Part shown: positions 1 through 15,535 of the stretch, one piece after another
How the letters are laid out: each line of letters begins with the position of its first letter
Position numbering within the stretch: position 1 is the first letter of the stretch
From: Flaccisagitta enflata
Taxonomy: Eukaryota
NCBI GenBank assembly: GCA_965153355.1
Contig: OZ231126.1
Span: forward strand, 15,438,001-15,502,000
Length of the DNA stretch: 64,000 nt
Reading direction: 5' to 3'
Program-made: the position numbers and the translations under genes
The notes under the pieces: generated by a model
Database searches by the model: none
What the model was told of the DNA's origin: nothing
The model's input: the letters and a program-made list of their open reading frames with translations, nothing else

Positions 1-86
1 AAGAAGAAGAAGAGAAGAAGAAGAAGAAGAAGAAGAAGAAGAAGAAGAAGAAGAAGAAGAAGAAGAAGAAGAAGAAGAAGACAGTT

Positions 87-1454
87 AGGGCCGTAGGCCT
101 TAGGAGACCATGAGCGAGACCTCCTCCAGACCCATGGAACCATAATTATGGTTCCATAGTCACCAGACATCTTAAAAACACTCCCCTCCTCGAACTCTCC
201 CATGGGTGGAGGAGGCAGAGGGCTTGAGGAGGGCTTGTGGAGGACTTTTGGAGGCCCTCTTTCTCCTCCATTGCTTGAGGCCTATATGAAAGCATCCCTC
301 ATATTGACCATGAAATCATTGTGAAATATTTTAGGAGGTGTTAGGAGTAAGCATTTAGGCAGTGGAAACATGATTTTCTGCATCTGTCACGACTTTGAAA
401 TCATGTTTTATCGCATGATTCTTAAGTGCCCAAATCATGATTTTTTTTAGATGATTCAATATAGAATTTCAATTGACAGATTAAAAACTTGACGTATTAT
501 TTTCTTTATTCCTTTAGCACTGTTACATCATTATGTGTTTGTTAAAGCTGATACAAATATAGATAAGTTGATGTTGATTTTTTTCTTCTATAGATTCACT
601 GTAAAATTCAGTAAAACTTTCATTGTAATTTTTTTTATCATTTTCTTGTAAGGAGACATATTTGTTCTTTTTTTTCTTGTTATACATTGTTATGATGATC
701 AGATACTAATTCAAAAGTTCCTGAAATGATAAAATTTTGAATAGATAGTGTATTCACTAATAGTAATTGGAAAACAATTTTAACTGATTCGGCATTTAAG
801 ATATGTAGCATCTATTCATTTTATATATATGTTTAAATTGTTCACCTTGGGAAGCAGATCTCCTATATTCACACACAGAAAGACAAACAGACAAACGGAC
901 AGAAAAGGAAAAAAAATGAGTGATAAAGAAAGAAACTTAATCAGGAAAAAAGTCACAGACAGTTATTTACTTGCAAATATAAGAAAGCATTTCAGTGAGC
1001 ATAACTGGTCATCTGGTTAAGTAATTTTGAGTATCTTAGCTCATCTAGCTCATTTGGCTCAATTTTTTTTTCTGTTTTTCAGTGCAATCAATACATACAA
1101 TTGCTGATCTAACAAATAAAAAATATGCAGTGATTGGAAATAAAAGCTGGGTGAAAAGTGACCAATACTCACAACTTTTTCCCAAACAACAACACCTGCC
1201 ATTACTGTTATGTCATAATTGGGCAAAAAATATTAAGAAAGTTATTTCAATTCTATGCAAAAACAAATAAAAAGACGGTACAGATAATTTGATGGTCAAT
1301 GACACACATCAAAACATGTTTTAATAGAGCGCTTCCAAGCCTTATCCCAGGAGGGTCTCGGAGAGTCTCGGAGAGTTGGAGAGCTCTCCAGGCAGTCTCT
1401 GAGAGTCTCGGAGACTTGGAGAGCTCTCGGGGGTCTCCTAGAGCTCACGGCCCT
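87..1454. mobile_element. Non-autonomous TIR element (hAT-like architecture) inserted between two (AAG)n tracts
   Basis: Imperfect 23-bp TIRs AGGGCCGTAGGCCTTAGGAGACC (87-109) and GGTCTCCTAGAGCTCACGGCCCT (1432-1454). Subterminal GAGAGTCTCG-type repeats near the right end. No clear TSD. Confidence 0.45.
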
Positions 1455-1648
1455 CACTCGAAGAAGAAGAAGAAGAAGAAGAAGAAGAAGAAGAAGAACA
1501 TAGGGGACTGACTAACCAACCGACCGACCAACCGACCAACCGACCGACATAGCGGGGTGTAGAGTTGCGTAGCACGCGACTAAAAACTGTCCAAAACAAG
1601 GTTAGAAACAAAGCTAGACATCAAGTGAGAAAGTCAGAGCTAAAAAAG

Positions 1649-1853
1649 AACAAGGTCGGATACACGGCTACCCCAGTCGCGTGCGGGTAGGCAGGGGCTG
1701 TATTTGAGGTCACTTGATCATTTGGGCAGGAGCAGGGAGGTCAAAGACCGCAAAAACCCGAAAAAAGTAAAGTGTGACGGACGGACCAACGGACGGACCG
1801 ACGGACCGACGGACCGCCAAAGCGGGGTGTAGAGTCGCGTAGCACGCGACTAA
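1649..1853 (-). mobile_element. DINE-1/HINE-like non-autonomous Helentron, family 1
   Basis: On the - strand: TTAGTCGCGTGCTACGCGACT 5' palindrome, (GTCY)n tract, 3' subTIR CACGCGACT, hairpin GCCG-TGTATC-CGAC and TTGTT end. Confidence 0.75.
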
Positions 1854-2384
1854 CTATGGCAAAAAAAACAACCGAACAACTTTTGAGAGCGCAAAAAAGT
1901 ATGAAGATGTTGACCAATTTGCATAAAATTTACAGTGAATGATAACCATGATATGGACTATGTCTGGTTATTTCATCAAAATTCGTTGAAAACTTTAGCC
2001 GTTATCACGTTTTTACTGAAGTCACTTCTTTTTTAGTCGCGGACAAGCGACTCTATAAGAGGCTTTGTCAATGTGGTCTACTTCCACTTCAAATTTCATC
2101 AAAATCGGACTAGATTTAGTATGGTTTTTTTAAGTTTGTTTATTCATTCTTAGTAAATTCTTATGTGTGTACATTGAATTTCTTTTCTTCTGACAAGCAC
2201 TCTTAAAAAATCTATAATTCTCAAACTATTTAGAGCAGGTCATTGATTTTTTCAGTGATGCTTAATGATACTAAAAAGTAACTTCAGTAAAAATTTCAGC
2301 ACGCTGGGTGAATTTTCAAAGGATTTATGAGCAAAAGAAGTAACTGTTCGGTTTTTTTTTTTGCCATAGTTAATAAGAAAAAAC

Positions 2385-2596
2385 TTTTTAGTCGCGGACA
2401 CGCGACTCTAGAACTTGCCGTGTCAGTCAGTCTGTCTGTCAGTTGGTCTGTCGGTCGGTCTGTCGGTCCATAACATTTTTGATTTGCGAGCGATTTCGGC
2501 ATTTCTGCCCCTGCCAAACAAAACGTGAGTGTATTTTTTGCTATACTGCTCCTGCCCACCCGTCCGCGACTGGGGGGGAGTGTATACGGCCTTGTT
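2385..2596 (+). mobile_element. DINE-1/HINE-like element, family 1
   Basis: TTTTTAGTCGCGGACACGCGACT 5' palindrome, GTCN repeats, CCGCGACT subTIR and GTGTATACGGCCTTGTT end. Confidence 0.75.
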
Positions 2597-2773
2597 CATG
2601 TTGATGTTGGAAAAAGTGATAAATTTTGAACTGGCAGTTCTTTAACGAGGAATTTTTGCGGTGACGTCGACGCAGACACTGAACGATACGCACATCGATT
2701 TGAATTTGGTCAAACGAACGCATCCTACTGAAGCATGATTAATCATCTATTAACTCAGCATTGAGTCAGCAAA

Positions 2774-3113
2774 TACTGAATTTCCTGTAATTAGCGCTTT
2801 TGAAATTGAAATGAAAGATTTTCGTTTTCAACCTGCAATTAGCGCCCCCTCATTCACTCATAGATAAATGAATTTATATGAAACTTTTTTTTTTTGTGAG
2901 TACATTGTAATTCAGTGCAATAACGCACTAAAACAAAGAATATTTTTGCATTGCATACCATATTTATGATTTTTTTGCCAATAGAAGGCTTTATTTGTAA
3001 TGAAGTTAGTAAGATTTGAAAAAAAAAATGTAGTCTTGTCACGAGCTCTCTCTTTCTTGAAAAGGGGGGGGGGCGCTAATTATAGGGTGGCGATAAATGC
3101 AGGAAATACAGTA
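2774..3113. mobile_element. TA-flanked MITE (Tc1/mariner/pogo-type)
   Basis: TACTGAATTTCCTGTAATTAGCGC pairs with GCGATAAATGCAGGAAATACAGTA. Internal inverted motif CCTGCAATTAGCGCCCCC / GGGGGCGCTAATTATAGG. Confidence 0.65.
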
Positions 3114-3675
3114 CCTTTGATTGTACAGTTAAAATGTTCATGTTGGTTTGATTTGGCTAAACTACTATAACAGGGCCTGATATACAGCTATTCCAGTTGC
3201 GTGGGGGTAGGCAGGGGAAGTAATATGGGAGGCCACATAGGCGTTTGAGGAGGAGCTGTAATGCAATGCCTGCCAAAAAATATGAGCTATAAAAGTGGGC
3301 GCTTGACAGACTGACCAACCAACAAACCAATGGACCAACCAACCGACCAACCAATGGACCAACAAAGCGGGGTATAGAGTTGCATGCTTGCTTTACCAAC
3401 GTTTGAGATCAAGAAGGTTGACAGGTGGACCTGGTGTATGATAATGAATTGGTAAAAAAATACGGCATTAATTTGGACATCATTATCTCTCAGTGAAATG
3501 AGGCCTCATCATTTAATTAAAACAAACAAGCAGCTCTTGGGAGGCCGTACACTCAGCAGAGTATTTATTGCATACGTCGATCGCATTCTTCTTTTTCTTT
3601 CAATTCAATCTTTTACTCACTTACTGTTCCTCAAGTTTTGATGCAACAGATGCATCAATAGGCAGTCTTGAAATC

Positions 3676-3886
3676 TTTTTAGTCGCGTGCACGCGACTCT
3701 ACACCCCGCTTTGTCGGTCCGTCCGTCCGTCCGTCCGTCTGTCCGTTGGTCCGTCCGTCACACTTTACTTTTTTGGGGTTTTTGCGGTCTATGGCCTCAC
3801 TGCTCCTGCCCAAATGATCTGGTGTCCTCAATTACAGGCCCTGCCCACCCGCACGCGACTGGGGTAGCCGTGTATCCGGCCTTGTT
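3676..3886 (+). mobile_element. DINE-1/HINE-like element, family 1 (intact reference copy)
   Basis: TTTTT-AGTCGCGTGCACGCGACT palindrome, (GTCC)n, 3' CACGCGACT subTIR, GCCG-TGTATC-CGGC hairpin, CTTGTT end. Confidence 0.8.
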
Positions 3887-4997
3887 CATAGCTTAAGCTT
3901 ATTCTTCCTGGTACAAACAAAGCGCTGCAAATTTTACGGAGACGTTTACCGAATCCTTACGTTAAGGTTCTATAACCACGTCTATGACTATGACTATGAC
4001 TATGACTATGAATGTAAGCCAGTTGAGTGCCGGGCGATATTTTGAAAGAAAAAGTGACTCGGGCTCACAATACCGTTGCATACGGATGGGCAGGGGCATA
4101 CAACCCCCATCCATACCCTCCTCCACCCCATGCTCACACACACAGGCAAACATAACTGCAGCATCATAAATGAGCATTTTCACACTGCCGGACGGACAAA
4201 GCCTCTTACAGAGTTGCGTGTCCGCAACTAAAAGCATAAGTAGGAAGATTTAGAATCATGTCAAGTTGCATCATTTTGGGCAGAGAACGAAAGGATTACC
4301 ATTGCATCATCAAGGAAATCCGAAGAAGAAAAGTATATAGGGGATTGCCATAAAACATGGTTAACGAAATTAACAAGCCCAGAATTTTCCATTTAAATCG
4401 TGACCCCCCAAAAAAACTTTTTTTTTCTCTGGTCTTTAAGCGAATTAAGAATTCATAAATATTGATGAGTGTACATCTTTAAATAGTCTTTTATATTCCT
4501 TTCTTCAAGAATTTTGTAGAAGGGTAGGAATCCGTGGCTGAGGATCAAGACCAAGGGTTGGTCCATAGTTCAAATGCACCCAATGTCTCCTCTTGAAAAA
4601 AACATAAGTCTGCATGTATCTTCAAAATCGAGTACCAGTGATTGAAATTCTAAAAAAAAACGAAAAACAATGCTTTATAAAGACAATGCTTTAAAAAGAA
4701 CAGGGTTACGGGCGCAAATGATTGCCAAATGTTGGTCTCATGTTTTTAGCATAGAGTTGAAGCACATAAAAGTTGAGATAGTCATACAATGAAAAAACAT
4801 ATGCGCATGTTCATGGTCACGGAAATCAATGGAGTATGAGAAGTGTATCAGGGGCACATTCGCAAAAGTGGACACTAACAAGTCGCTGCATCGTGATAGA
4901 TAGGAAGCACGGATCGAGAAATGGCTTGAAAAATTTCCTTCTTTTTCATTTGGAAAAAAAAAGTTCTTTTTGTTTTTTGTTTTTCTCTCATTTTTCC

Positions 4998-5206
4998 TTT
5001 TTTAGTCGCGTGCTACGCGACTCTACACCCCGCTATGTCGGTCCGTCGGTTGGTCGGTCGGTCGGTCGGTTAGTCCCCTTTTTACTTTTTTGGCGTTTTT
5101 GAGCTTTTTGAGCATACGGCTCCTGCCCAGATGCCCTAGTGACCTTCTCCAGCACTGCTCCTGCCCACCCACACGCGACTAGGGTAACCGTGTATCCGGC
5201 CTTGTT
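4998..5206 (+). mobile_element. DINE-1/HINE-like element, family 1
   Basis: Same termini and (GTCG)n tract as 3676-3886. Confidence 0.8.
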
Positions 5207-6095
5207 TTTATCAAGATAACAATTTTCGGCGTTTTCATTCTAAATGGCAGAATTCGGTAGAAATATTTGTGAAGTTGCCGCGAAAAGAGCTTCTTCATAA
5301 ACGTGGCAAATTTCATGCCGAGCTCGACCGTATCACAATATAATAACACTTGAAGAATCTGAATTTCTGTGGTTTGGACCATTCTGAACTCAGATGTACT
5401 TTGTGGCGGGAGAGAGAGAGAGGTATGTAATTCATCGTTAATGGGAGTCATTACATTCATAATGTATGTTTTCTCCATTTCATTTTCCAGAATTAACTAT
5501 TAAGATGTTGGCGAAGATAAAGAAGAAGAAAAGTGAGTATTTACGACTCATTTATTGGAATTTACACACTTTTTTCGGTGTACATTACACGGCTAAATAT
5601 AAATAAACGGCCTGGGATTGCAATTTTTTGGGTAAAAGATGTATGTATATATATCAAAAGATGAGGGGGAAGAAGATTCAGAAGTCCAGAGAGAGAGAGA
5701 AACAATATGAGACAAAACATGACAGAGAAACTGAGGGACAGGAATACAGATAGACAAAAAGGCAGACAGACAGACAGTGCGACCTACAGACAGACAGACT
5801 AACTGACAGTCTAACTGACAATCTGACAGACAGTCTTAAATAACGTCCAGGGAGTCAGACAAACTCAGTGACAGAAATTCAACTCAGACGGGATGAGACG
5901 AAAAATGATACGATGCTGATTTTTCATTCAAATTAATGGCAATCTTTCACGCACGCTACATGCCCCATTTGGCGTGATATAATGACAAGGAGTCTGACTT
6001 AAGGCAATGAAAAAGTACTCAATCAAGGCGCAATTAACTGATGAAACCCAATGAATAAAGTCTAATACCAAAATACAGACAGAAAAACGCAAGAT

Positions 6096-6469
6096 TTTTA
6101 GTCGCTTGCACGCGACTCTATAACCCGCTCTGTATGTTGGTCGGATGGTCAGTCAGATGCTTAGTTTTTTGGCGTTTTTGCACGACTGCCACTGCCCAAA
6201 TGTGTAATTAACCATTTTTTTTTATCACTGCCCATGCCCACCCGCACGCGACCTGGGTAGCCTGTATCATGCCCTCTTGTTTTCCTTCTGAAACAAACAA
6301 GGCCGGATACACGGCTACCGAAGTCGCGTGCAGGTGGGCAGGGGCCATATTTGAGGTCACTGGACCATTTGGGTAGAAGCAGTGAGGTCCAAAAATAGAA
6401 ATCATAAAAAAAGTAAAGTGTGACAGACCGAGGGACAAAGCGGGGTGATAAGTCGCGTGCACGCGACTA
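6096..6469. mobile_element. Two adjacent, oppositely oriented family-1 HINE-like elements (about 6096-6280 +, 6296-6469 -)
   Basis: Both carry the AGTCGC..GCGACT 5' palindrome and CACGCGAC 3' subTIR, arranged tail-to-tail. Confidence 0.7.
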
Positions 6470-7090
6470 GAAATCTGCGACGCCTAAGTTAAACAACAAC
6501 ATCCTAGAACCCAAAAATTTACGTCGATGTGAATTGAAGCCATTTAAGAAGGAGATTAAGATTCTCAAAAGAGTGAATGAATTATTGAATGAATGAATGA
6601 ATGAATGAATGAATGAATGAATGAATGAATGAATGAATGAATGAATGAATGAATGAATGAATAAATGAATGAATGTCTTTGTCTTTGCCCCATGCAAAGA
6701 TGCACCGACTGAAGCAAAATTCAATGGAAAAAATCCTGATGGACACATTAACGATCGACATATGGACAAACGGACCGACGGCCAGACAAAAAGACGGATA
6801 TGACCTCTCGTTTCGATGCGCCGTATCTCCATGGTAAAGAGACGAAAGAAAGAATATGATAACTTATAAAAGAGTTTTAAATTAAAGACAAGATTGTGGT
6901 AAGACCGTCACGCGCGCCCGCTCAGAGAGAAAAGGATTGACAATTTGTGAAAGGTTTTTGATCTTGGGGCTTTCTTGGCCTTCATCCTCCTTTTTTCCTT
7001 TTTTTTTTTTTTTGAAGCTCTTCTCAACTCATGAAAAATTCATTTCGTTTCCCTTTTAGACGTCGTTTAATCAACTTCTCTTTTACTTTA

Positions 7091-7400
7091 CAGTCAGCGG
7101 ACAAAACATAATAGGTATATATATCATATCATTGATTTTTATGAAACATGCTGATAGTAAATAAAATATTGTATGCAACAACCAGTGGTTTAAATAACAC
7201 CGGGCTGTAATGTTAGAAATTACAGCGTTACTGCTGGCTATAATTCTAATAACCTGTTGTTGAATATAACATTTTTTTTGTTACAACTGGCTGTAACTTG
7301 AGCAACTGATTGTTGCATACAATATTTTGTTTTTGAGCAGTATATTGAATCGAGGCCAGTTGTATGATATATATACCTATATTGTTTTGTCCACTGACTG
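7091..7400. mobile_element. Foldback MITE with CAG...CTG termini and 4-bp TSD (TTTA)
   Basis: CAGTCAGCGGACAAAAC...GTTTTGTCCACTGACTG with TTTA on both sides. Sister copy at 60933-61243. Confidence 0.85.
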
Positions 7401-7589
7401 TTTATTTGCTTTCTTTTTCTTTTTTTCCCCCCGATTTTGTCTTTTCTTCTGTTCCCGGTGCAACTGTGGAATGAAAAAATGGCAACTCACATTCCAGCGA
7501 GGATGCAATATGTCATAAACTTGCGGAAGAGAAGCAAACAAGTTAACATGGCCAATAATACCGATTCGTCCAAAAAGTCGCACCAATTA

Positions 7590-9006
<1,417 letters not shown>

Positions 9007-11610
9007 ACCAGACACGTTTAAAGTTTTGTTTTTTTTCGACGATCTTTTTACTTATTCGTCGCGTCATGTTGTCTTAGTGTTCACAATCCTAAATTAATGT
9101 ATGATCCATAGGCCATGGTGGCTATTCATTCATGATGATTACTCCATTGATTCAGTCATGATACTCTCAAAAATGGATGGTCTTGACCCTTGACATCTAG
9201 CATTTTTGCAGACAGGTAATCGGGTTGACGAACCATCTCTCAGAGATACGGTCACTTATCTAGAAATAGCTGCTGTCTGAACTATTTCTCCAGTAAAGAA
9301 AACTTGTTAAATGTTGAAAATTGTTGATCAGATGGTCACTGCCCAATAAACCAAGCCTCACGAATCACGATTCCACCATCTTCATCATACACAGAAACGT
9401 CAATTTGTGTTCTGGTTAATTGTTTGCTGACCAACAAGCCCAGTAGGGCAACGATACGTCCTCCTGTGAGTTCTGAGTAGAGGGAATTTAGGTGTCACGA
9501 CTAAACTTACAGATTAATCTTTAATATGTGTGATGAACTACCATTCAATTGAGGCAAAAAACAGGTCTTCTTGGTAAAGCTAAGAGATCTATGCTTGAGA
9601 TCTATGATGAGTTTTGCATACTGCAGTTCTAATCTTAGGCATTTGTAATCATGCTTACAAGGACATGTTATTAACAAAATTACAAAATACTATTAAGCAG
9701 TCTCCACAATAGACTTGATCTGCGGAAATCAGGCGCCTTTATGCGTTAACATTGACTAAGAATGATATAACTTGATAATGGTTCCTTCTAACAGTTTGAA
9801 ATTTTAGCTCTGTGCTCAGAATTTGATACTCTTTCAGGTCATGCCAAAACTATCATTTAAAGTCTTAGAATGTTTTCAACTATGTTAATTTTAATGATAA
9901 TCAGAGTAAGATAGGCGTAACAGGGTGATAACACATTAGGACCTTAATAGGACACTCTCTTCAAAAATCAATATCTCAGGCTAGAATCGAGATCAATGTC
10001 TGAAATTTGGCAGGTAACTTGGATTATGTCTGTACTAAGGGGGGAGAAAAGAGTATACTTCTACATGTCAAAATTATATAAATCATGTTTTTGACCAAAT
10101 CAACTATGAGTGAAATTTTCCCATTGAAAATGACCACTGGTCACCATCAGATTTTTTTGCGCGACTTTAGGGATTGCAATCAAACAAAAATGACCCATAG
10201 TTGGGTGGGCCTGATGATTTTTGGATGCCTTTATCATAGTGGTTTTGAGTGTGACAATGAAAACGTGCTGATTTTGCCCTGATATTGGCTACATAGCATA
10301 TCGAAATCTCAAATATGAAGGAAGGTAGTTTAGCACTTGATCCCAGGTAATGTCTTATAACAGCTTTCACCACCAAAAAACAAAATTGGCAGAAACAAAA
10401 AATGCTTTCTTGCCTGTTATATCATGGATTTCAGCTGGGCCGGTTTATCGTGGAATTGTGGCAACAGTCAACCAGCAAACGATAAAATATTTTTTTGAGA
10501 TGAATTGGTGAATACACACTGAGAGCAGAAGCATAACTTTCATAAGTTTTCGTAATGGAATGCAAACGGATTGGTTAAAAAAAAACGAATTCCGAAGGTG
10601 GGAGGGATGGGGGCAAGATGAAGGTTGGTGAATGATTTGAGATGGTGGGATTTTTGGAAAGTGGGTAACGGACATACAGACGGACGGACACATCTCTTAT
10701 AGAGATGCGGGGACGCATCGAAAAAGGGAAAGAAAATGCTTCAAAAAAGAGAAAACTGTCAAAACCTTTTACCTCAGCATCTAGAGACTAGAGTAGATGT
10801 CGTCAGGTCATGGAAATACGGGGACACACATTGTTTGGATATTAATTAGGCAGATGGATCCATAACTAAGAAGTATTACAATGATAGCGGAGGAAATTGC
10901 GCGCTTAAATACAGTTGCAAATATAGTTGATTATTCAACATTTAATCAAGGGTACTGGTAAGGGTCAGATCCATCCCCACTCGTCTAGTCGTCTCGAACA
11001 AATCTCGTCTCTGACCCCTCGAGCCTTTCAATTCTAAGATCTAACCTAACCTCCACCGTTAGTCCCGATCTTTCCCCTTTTTCAGCCCCCTCCGTTTTAA
11101 TTGTTCGAAATTAATACGAGGCATGCATCAAAATCTGAGACTACGTTCACGCTGACGCCATTTACAAAATGTTATCTCACTCCTCTTTAACTTACTCATT
11201 CTTCGTTGTATGTAGCGATTTCTTTTTAAGAACATGTTAAAAATTCCAAATGCTATCATTACTTTTAGGACGCAGTGTAAGATCAGATCCCTATTTTTTT
11301 TAATCTATTTTTCCTAGTGTCATTGCGATTCCCCTGTAGTCGATTCATTTAGCCTTGTGGCAACTTGCGGCCCCCTCGTAAACCAAGGTTTAGATAAGAG
11401 ATCTCTAGAGTCTAGCCTAAGATCTTGTGCGAGCCTACTAGTATGCTATCTTGCAAATGAGTATAGTGACAAAGTGCAGGATTGTTCAATTTTGAAATAT
11501 CTTTGAATAATTTGTTTGTAAAAGAAATAATGAAATACCTGAAATGCATTTGTACTGCAATCAGCAGTAAAATAGAGTGACATAGATCGGATAAATAGGA
11601 TGTTATCAGC

Positions 11611-11762
11611 AAACAAGGCCGTATACACAGCAGCATTAGTTGCGGACGGGTGGGCAGGTGCGGAAAACCTCGAAAAGTGACTTTGTTACGGACCGACCGA
11701 CCGACCGACCGACCGACCAACCGACAGAGTGGCTTATAGAGTCGCGTGTCCGCGACTAAAAA
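11611..11762 (-). mobile_element. DINE-1/HINE-like element, family 1
   Basis: AACAAGGCCGTATACAC...(GACC)n...GAGTCGCGTGTCCGCGACTAAAA. Confidence 0.75.
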
Positions 11763-11905
11763 GAATTGTACCGAATTTTAGCTAGTTTAGCATGAACGTA
11801 TCCGCGGAGTCTGGGTTGCCGGAACCCCCGGCGTTGGCTGATAGCGTGCTTCTTCCGCTCAGGTGGACATCCACAACATCCATTAAATTGAAACAGAAAG
11901 ACAAC

Positions 11906-11962
<57 letters not shown>

Positions 11963-12128
11963 TTTTCTATCTCTGTCAAATGATTTATGACAAAAGTGAC
12001 AAATGAACAATGACAGGTAAATGCAGAACAAATGAATAATCGTAAAGAGTTGTCGAAATGAGACAAAATTCTCCTCCCAAATTAAGTTCAAGAGTCAAGA
12101 ATTGATCATTTTCAGTTTTAAACGGAGG

Positions 12129-12167
<39 letters not shown>

Positions 12168-12185
12168 TCAGACAGACAGAGGGAC

Positions 12186-12234
<49 letters not shown>

Positions 12235-13243
12235 AACAGACAAACAGACAGACAGCGACAGAGAGACGGAGACAGAGACAGAGTAGACTTAGACTCGAAA
12301 ATTCTCCTAGGTCAGTCAGTAGTACAATCTTTTGCGTGGACCTGCTCAGCGCTTTCAATATTGCACGTTTCAAATTTCAAGGTTCTGGCTCAAATACTTT
12401 AGAAGTTATGAGCAGTTGTTTGAACCATATCAAACTGAAAAAATTCCACGAGAATCTTTAAACTTTCTTTTAAAGTATGGCCGACACAATAATTTTCAAA
12501 GTTTTAAAAAAAAATGAAATTACAAGATTTTAGATCTAGGCGAATCAAGCAATTTCCAATTGATTGCATCCCACTTCTAAAAAAAAAATCCTCATATAGG
12601 GCTTTTTTGGGGACCCCTAGGGGCCCCTGAGAAGTTCAAAATTTTGGTTAATGAGATGAACAGAGTTATGTGCATAGGTCACGGTATCTTTCAGGACCAA
12701 ATTCAAGCAGATTAATTCAAGCTAGAGCTCATGCCGTTACTATACTACCTTTGGACCGGCCGCATATAAAAGAAAAACAGGAAAATTCACAAGGACTCAG
12801 ATTTGGGATCTGAGATCAATCTTTAGACAGAGACATAGAAACCGAGACAGAGAGACAGGCAGATACACAAACAGACACCAATAGTCGACAGACAGACAGA
12901 CACTAAGACAGGCACACGGACAAGGGATAGCGTTTTGCAAATAGCATTCGCACCAGCATTTTCCAGCTTGCTGAGCAACTTTCCCCTCCCACCCACACGC
13001 CACTTACGTAAGACAATCGTGTATTCAGTCTTGGTTCATGAAGAAATTGAAGATTCTTTTCTCATTCTATAAAGATTCTTTATTCGCCAACAAAGGAAAA
13101 CTACCATCTCATATCGTAATTCCTGTTGTAATATTAAACGTTGACTTGGTATTAAATCGATTCATCTCTAAAAACGACCCAGATTCATTGGCGCTGATCA
13201 GATTAATGACGATTCCGAGTTCTTTTGACGGAAGACGGACGAC

Positions 13244-13676
13244 TTGCGCTTCAAGGACAATTCTTAAAATGTATATTTTCTCTTTTACATGCTTGAAGGA
13301 CAATTCTTAAGATGTATATTTCCTCTTTTATATGCTTGAAGGACAATTCTTGACATATATTTCCTCTTTTATGTGCTTGAAGGACAGTTGTTAAAATATA
13401 TTTCCTCTTTTATGTGCTTGAAGGACAATTCTTAAAATGTTTATTTCCTCTTTTAAATGTTTGAAGGACAATTCTTAAAATGTATATTTCCCCTTTTTAT
13501 TTGCATGAAGGACAATTTTTAAAACATGTTTCCTCTTTTATTTGCTTGAAGCTGAAGGAGAATTCTTAAAACATATTTCCTCTTTTATTTGCTTGAAGGA
13601 CAAGTCTTAAAACATATTTCCTCTTTCATTTGCTTGCAGGACAATTCTTACAATATGTTCCCTCTTTTATTTGCAT
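13244..13676. repeat. Minisatellite, 41-47-bp unit, about 10 copies
   Basis: Unit approximately TGCTTGAAGGACAATTCTTAAAATGTATATTTCCTCTTTTAT. Confidence 0.9.
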
Positions 13677-14459
13677 GCGCTGGGTTCAAGATGCGTTTGT
13701 AAAAGCTTGAGGCAGGCGGAATAGCTCTTCCGCCGTTTAAAAATACCCCCAGAAGGTAATTCGGAAGGGTTGTTAGTCAGAAAAATTTTTTGCTTAAACA
13801 AATAATTGTTACAGAACTGAACGGAACGATTTCGTGCGCTATCAAGCCTCAGAGCTGACACTATAATAAATTCAGTAGTATTGAATCTTACCGCAGTCCC
13901 TTGTCGGCATTAATAATCAATTTAAATGCTGTGTCTTGTCTCGACTGCCCAGAACCAACTTTCGTTTACTGTAAAAAATTGGGATTTACGTAAATACTGC
14001 AATATGCAAATTAGGTCTGTTTCTCGCATCGTAACCAAAGGTATCAGATCGTTGACAATATACTAATATCGGTTAAAACGAGAGAAGCAGAGTTGCAGAG
14101 AAATCTACGAATTAGATGGAGAAGTGATTTCTCTGTCGCATCTACTGTCCTAAACCCCATTGCAATCGTCGCGTCGGAAGTACTTATTCCGCAAGCATTC
14201 TAGTTGATGGTTGTTTTCGGGAATATAGTTATGCTTTCTTCTTCTTTTTTTTCTTCTTCTTTTTTCTACTTCTTCTTTTTCTTTTTCTTCTTCTTCTTCT
14301 TCTTTTTCTTCTTCTTCTTCTTCTTCTTCTTCTTCTTCTTCTTCTTCTTCTTCTTCTTCTTCTTCTTCTTCTTCTTCTTCTTCTTCTTTTTCGCATGCGA
14401 ATTATTGAAATAATATATCCTGCAATATTTTGAATATACGAAACGTCATAGCTTTGAAG

Positions 14460-15000
14460 AACAAGTGACGCGGGGTCACAATATTGTTGCGGACGGGTGG
14501 GCAGGGGCATCTAACCCCCAGCCTAACCCCACCCCCAACCACTCACACACCCGCACACACAATAACAACAGCAGTATCATAAATGCGCGTTTTTCGCGTT
14601 TTAAACTCCAGCCTGGCGGACGGACGGATGGACCAACGGACGGACGGACAAAGCCTCTTCTAGAATTGCGTGTCCACAACTAAAAACAAAAAACAAAAAT
14701 CGTCTGACGCAATTTCTGGTCTGATCACGAGTTTCTTAAACTCAGATCGCGGTCAAACCAATTTTCTTGGAAAAGAAAAAAAAGCCTTTTCTTGTTCTTG
14801 ATTTTCTATTTTTTATTACGTTGTGATTTTTTTCCATTAGTTTTTTTGTCGCGGACACGCGACTCTACACCTTGCGGTGTCGATCGGTCGGTAGGTCGGT
14901 CCGTCCGTCCGTCCGTCACATTTTTGAATTCCGAGCGGTTTTCGCATTACTGCTCCAGCCCAACCGTCCGCGACTGGATTGCCGTGTATCCGGCCTTGTT
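14460..15000. mobile_element. Two family-1 HINE-like elements (about 14460-14686 -, 14840-15000 +)
   Basis: Characteristic 5' palindromes, GTCY/GGAC tracts and 3' subTIR plus hairpin. Confidence 0.7.
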
Positions 15001-15535
15001 TTTATAACTCGTAGAGGACATGGCCAAGTAAGCACACCTGCACGACGATTCGCAATGCGTAGTAGACGAACGGACAGACGAACGGACAGACAAACGGACA
15101 GATGTACTGTCATCACCGCTTATCACCGCTTTCACGCACTTAGATATGTAATTCCTATTTCCCGATGCGATGGATCGATATCTTCTTTAATATAAATAAA
15201 AACTCGTGCCGCTGGGAGAGACTAGAAAAAGGTACCCTGCATATTCCATGATGTTTAAAATTTTTTTTTTTTTTTATTAAGTCAAGAGTGAAAGATGAAA
15301 GACAACAACTTCCTTTTTCCATCTTACATCACTCATTGATGTTTAAGATAATTATTTTTTTTTATTCAAAAACAGAGAATGTTTTGAATAGAAAATTGGA
15401 CCAGAGAAAGGCGATGTAATCAGAAGTTCCGAGTGTTTTAGTGGAACCTCGGAAGCCTCGTACATTGGAAATGAAACTTTCATGAATGAATAACACGCCT
15501 TTTAACTTCTTTAAAGGATGTTTATTGTTGGACAT

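Noticed and set aside
5179-5532. Exon-like segments with GT/AG signals near 5216-5532 (also 13890-13968, 17089-17210, 21590-21690, 24500-24620)
   Set aside because: No consistent open multi-exon frame and no recognisable protein.
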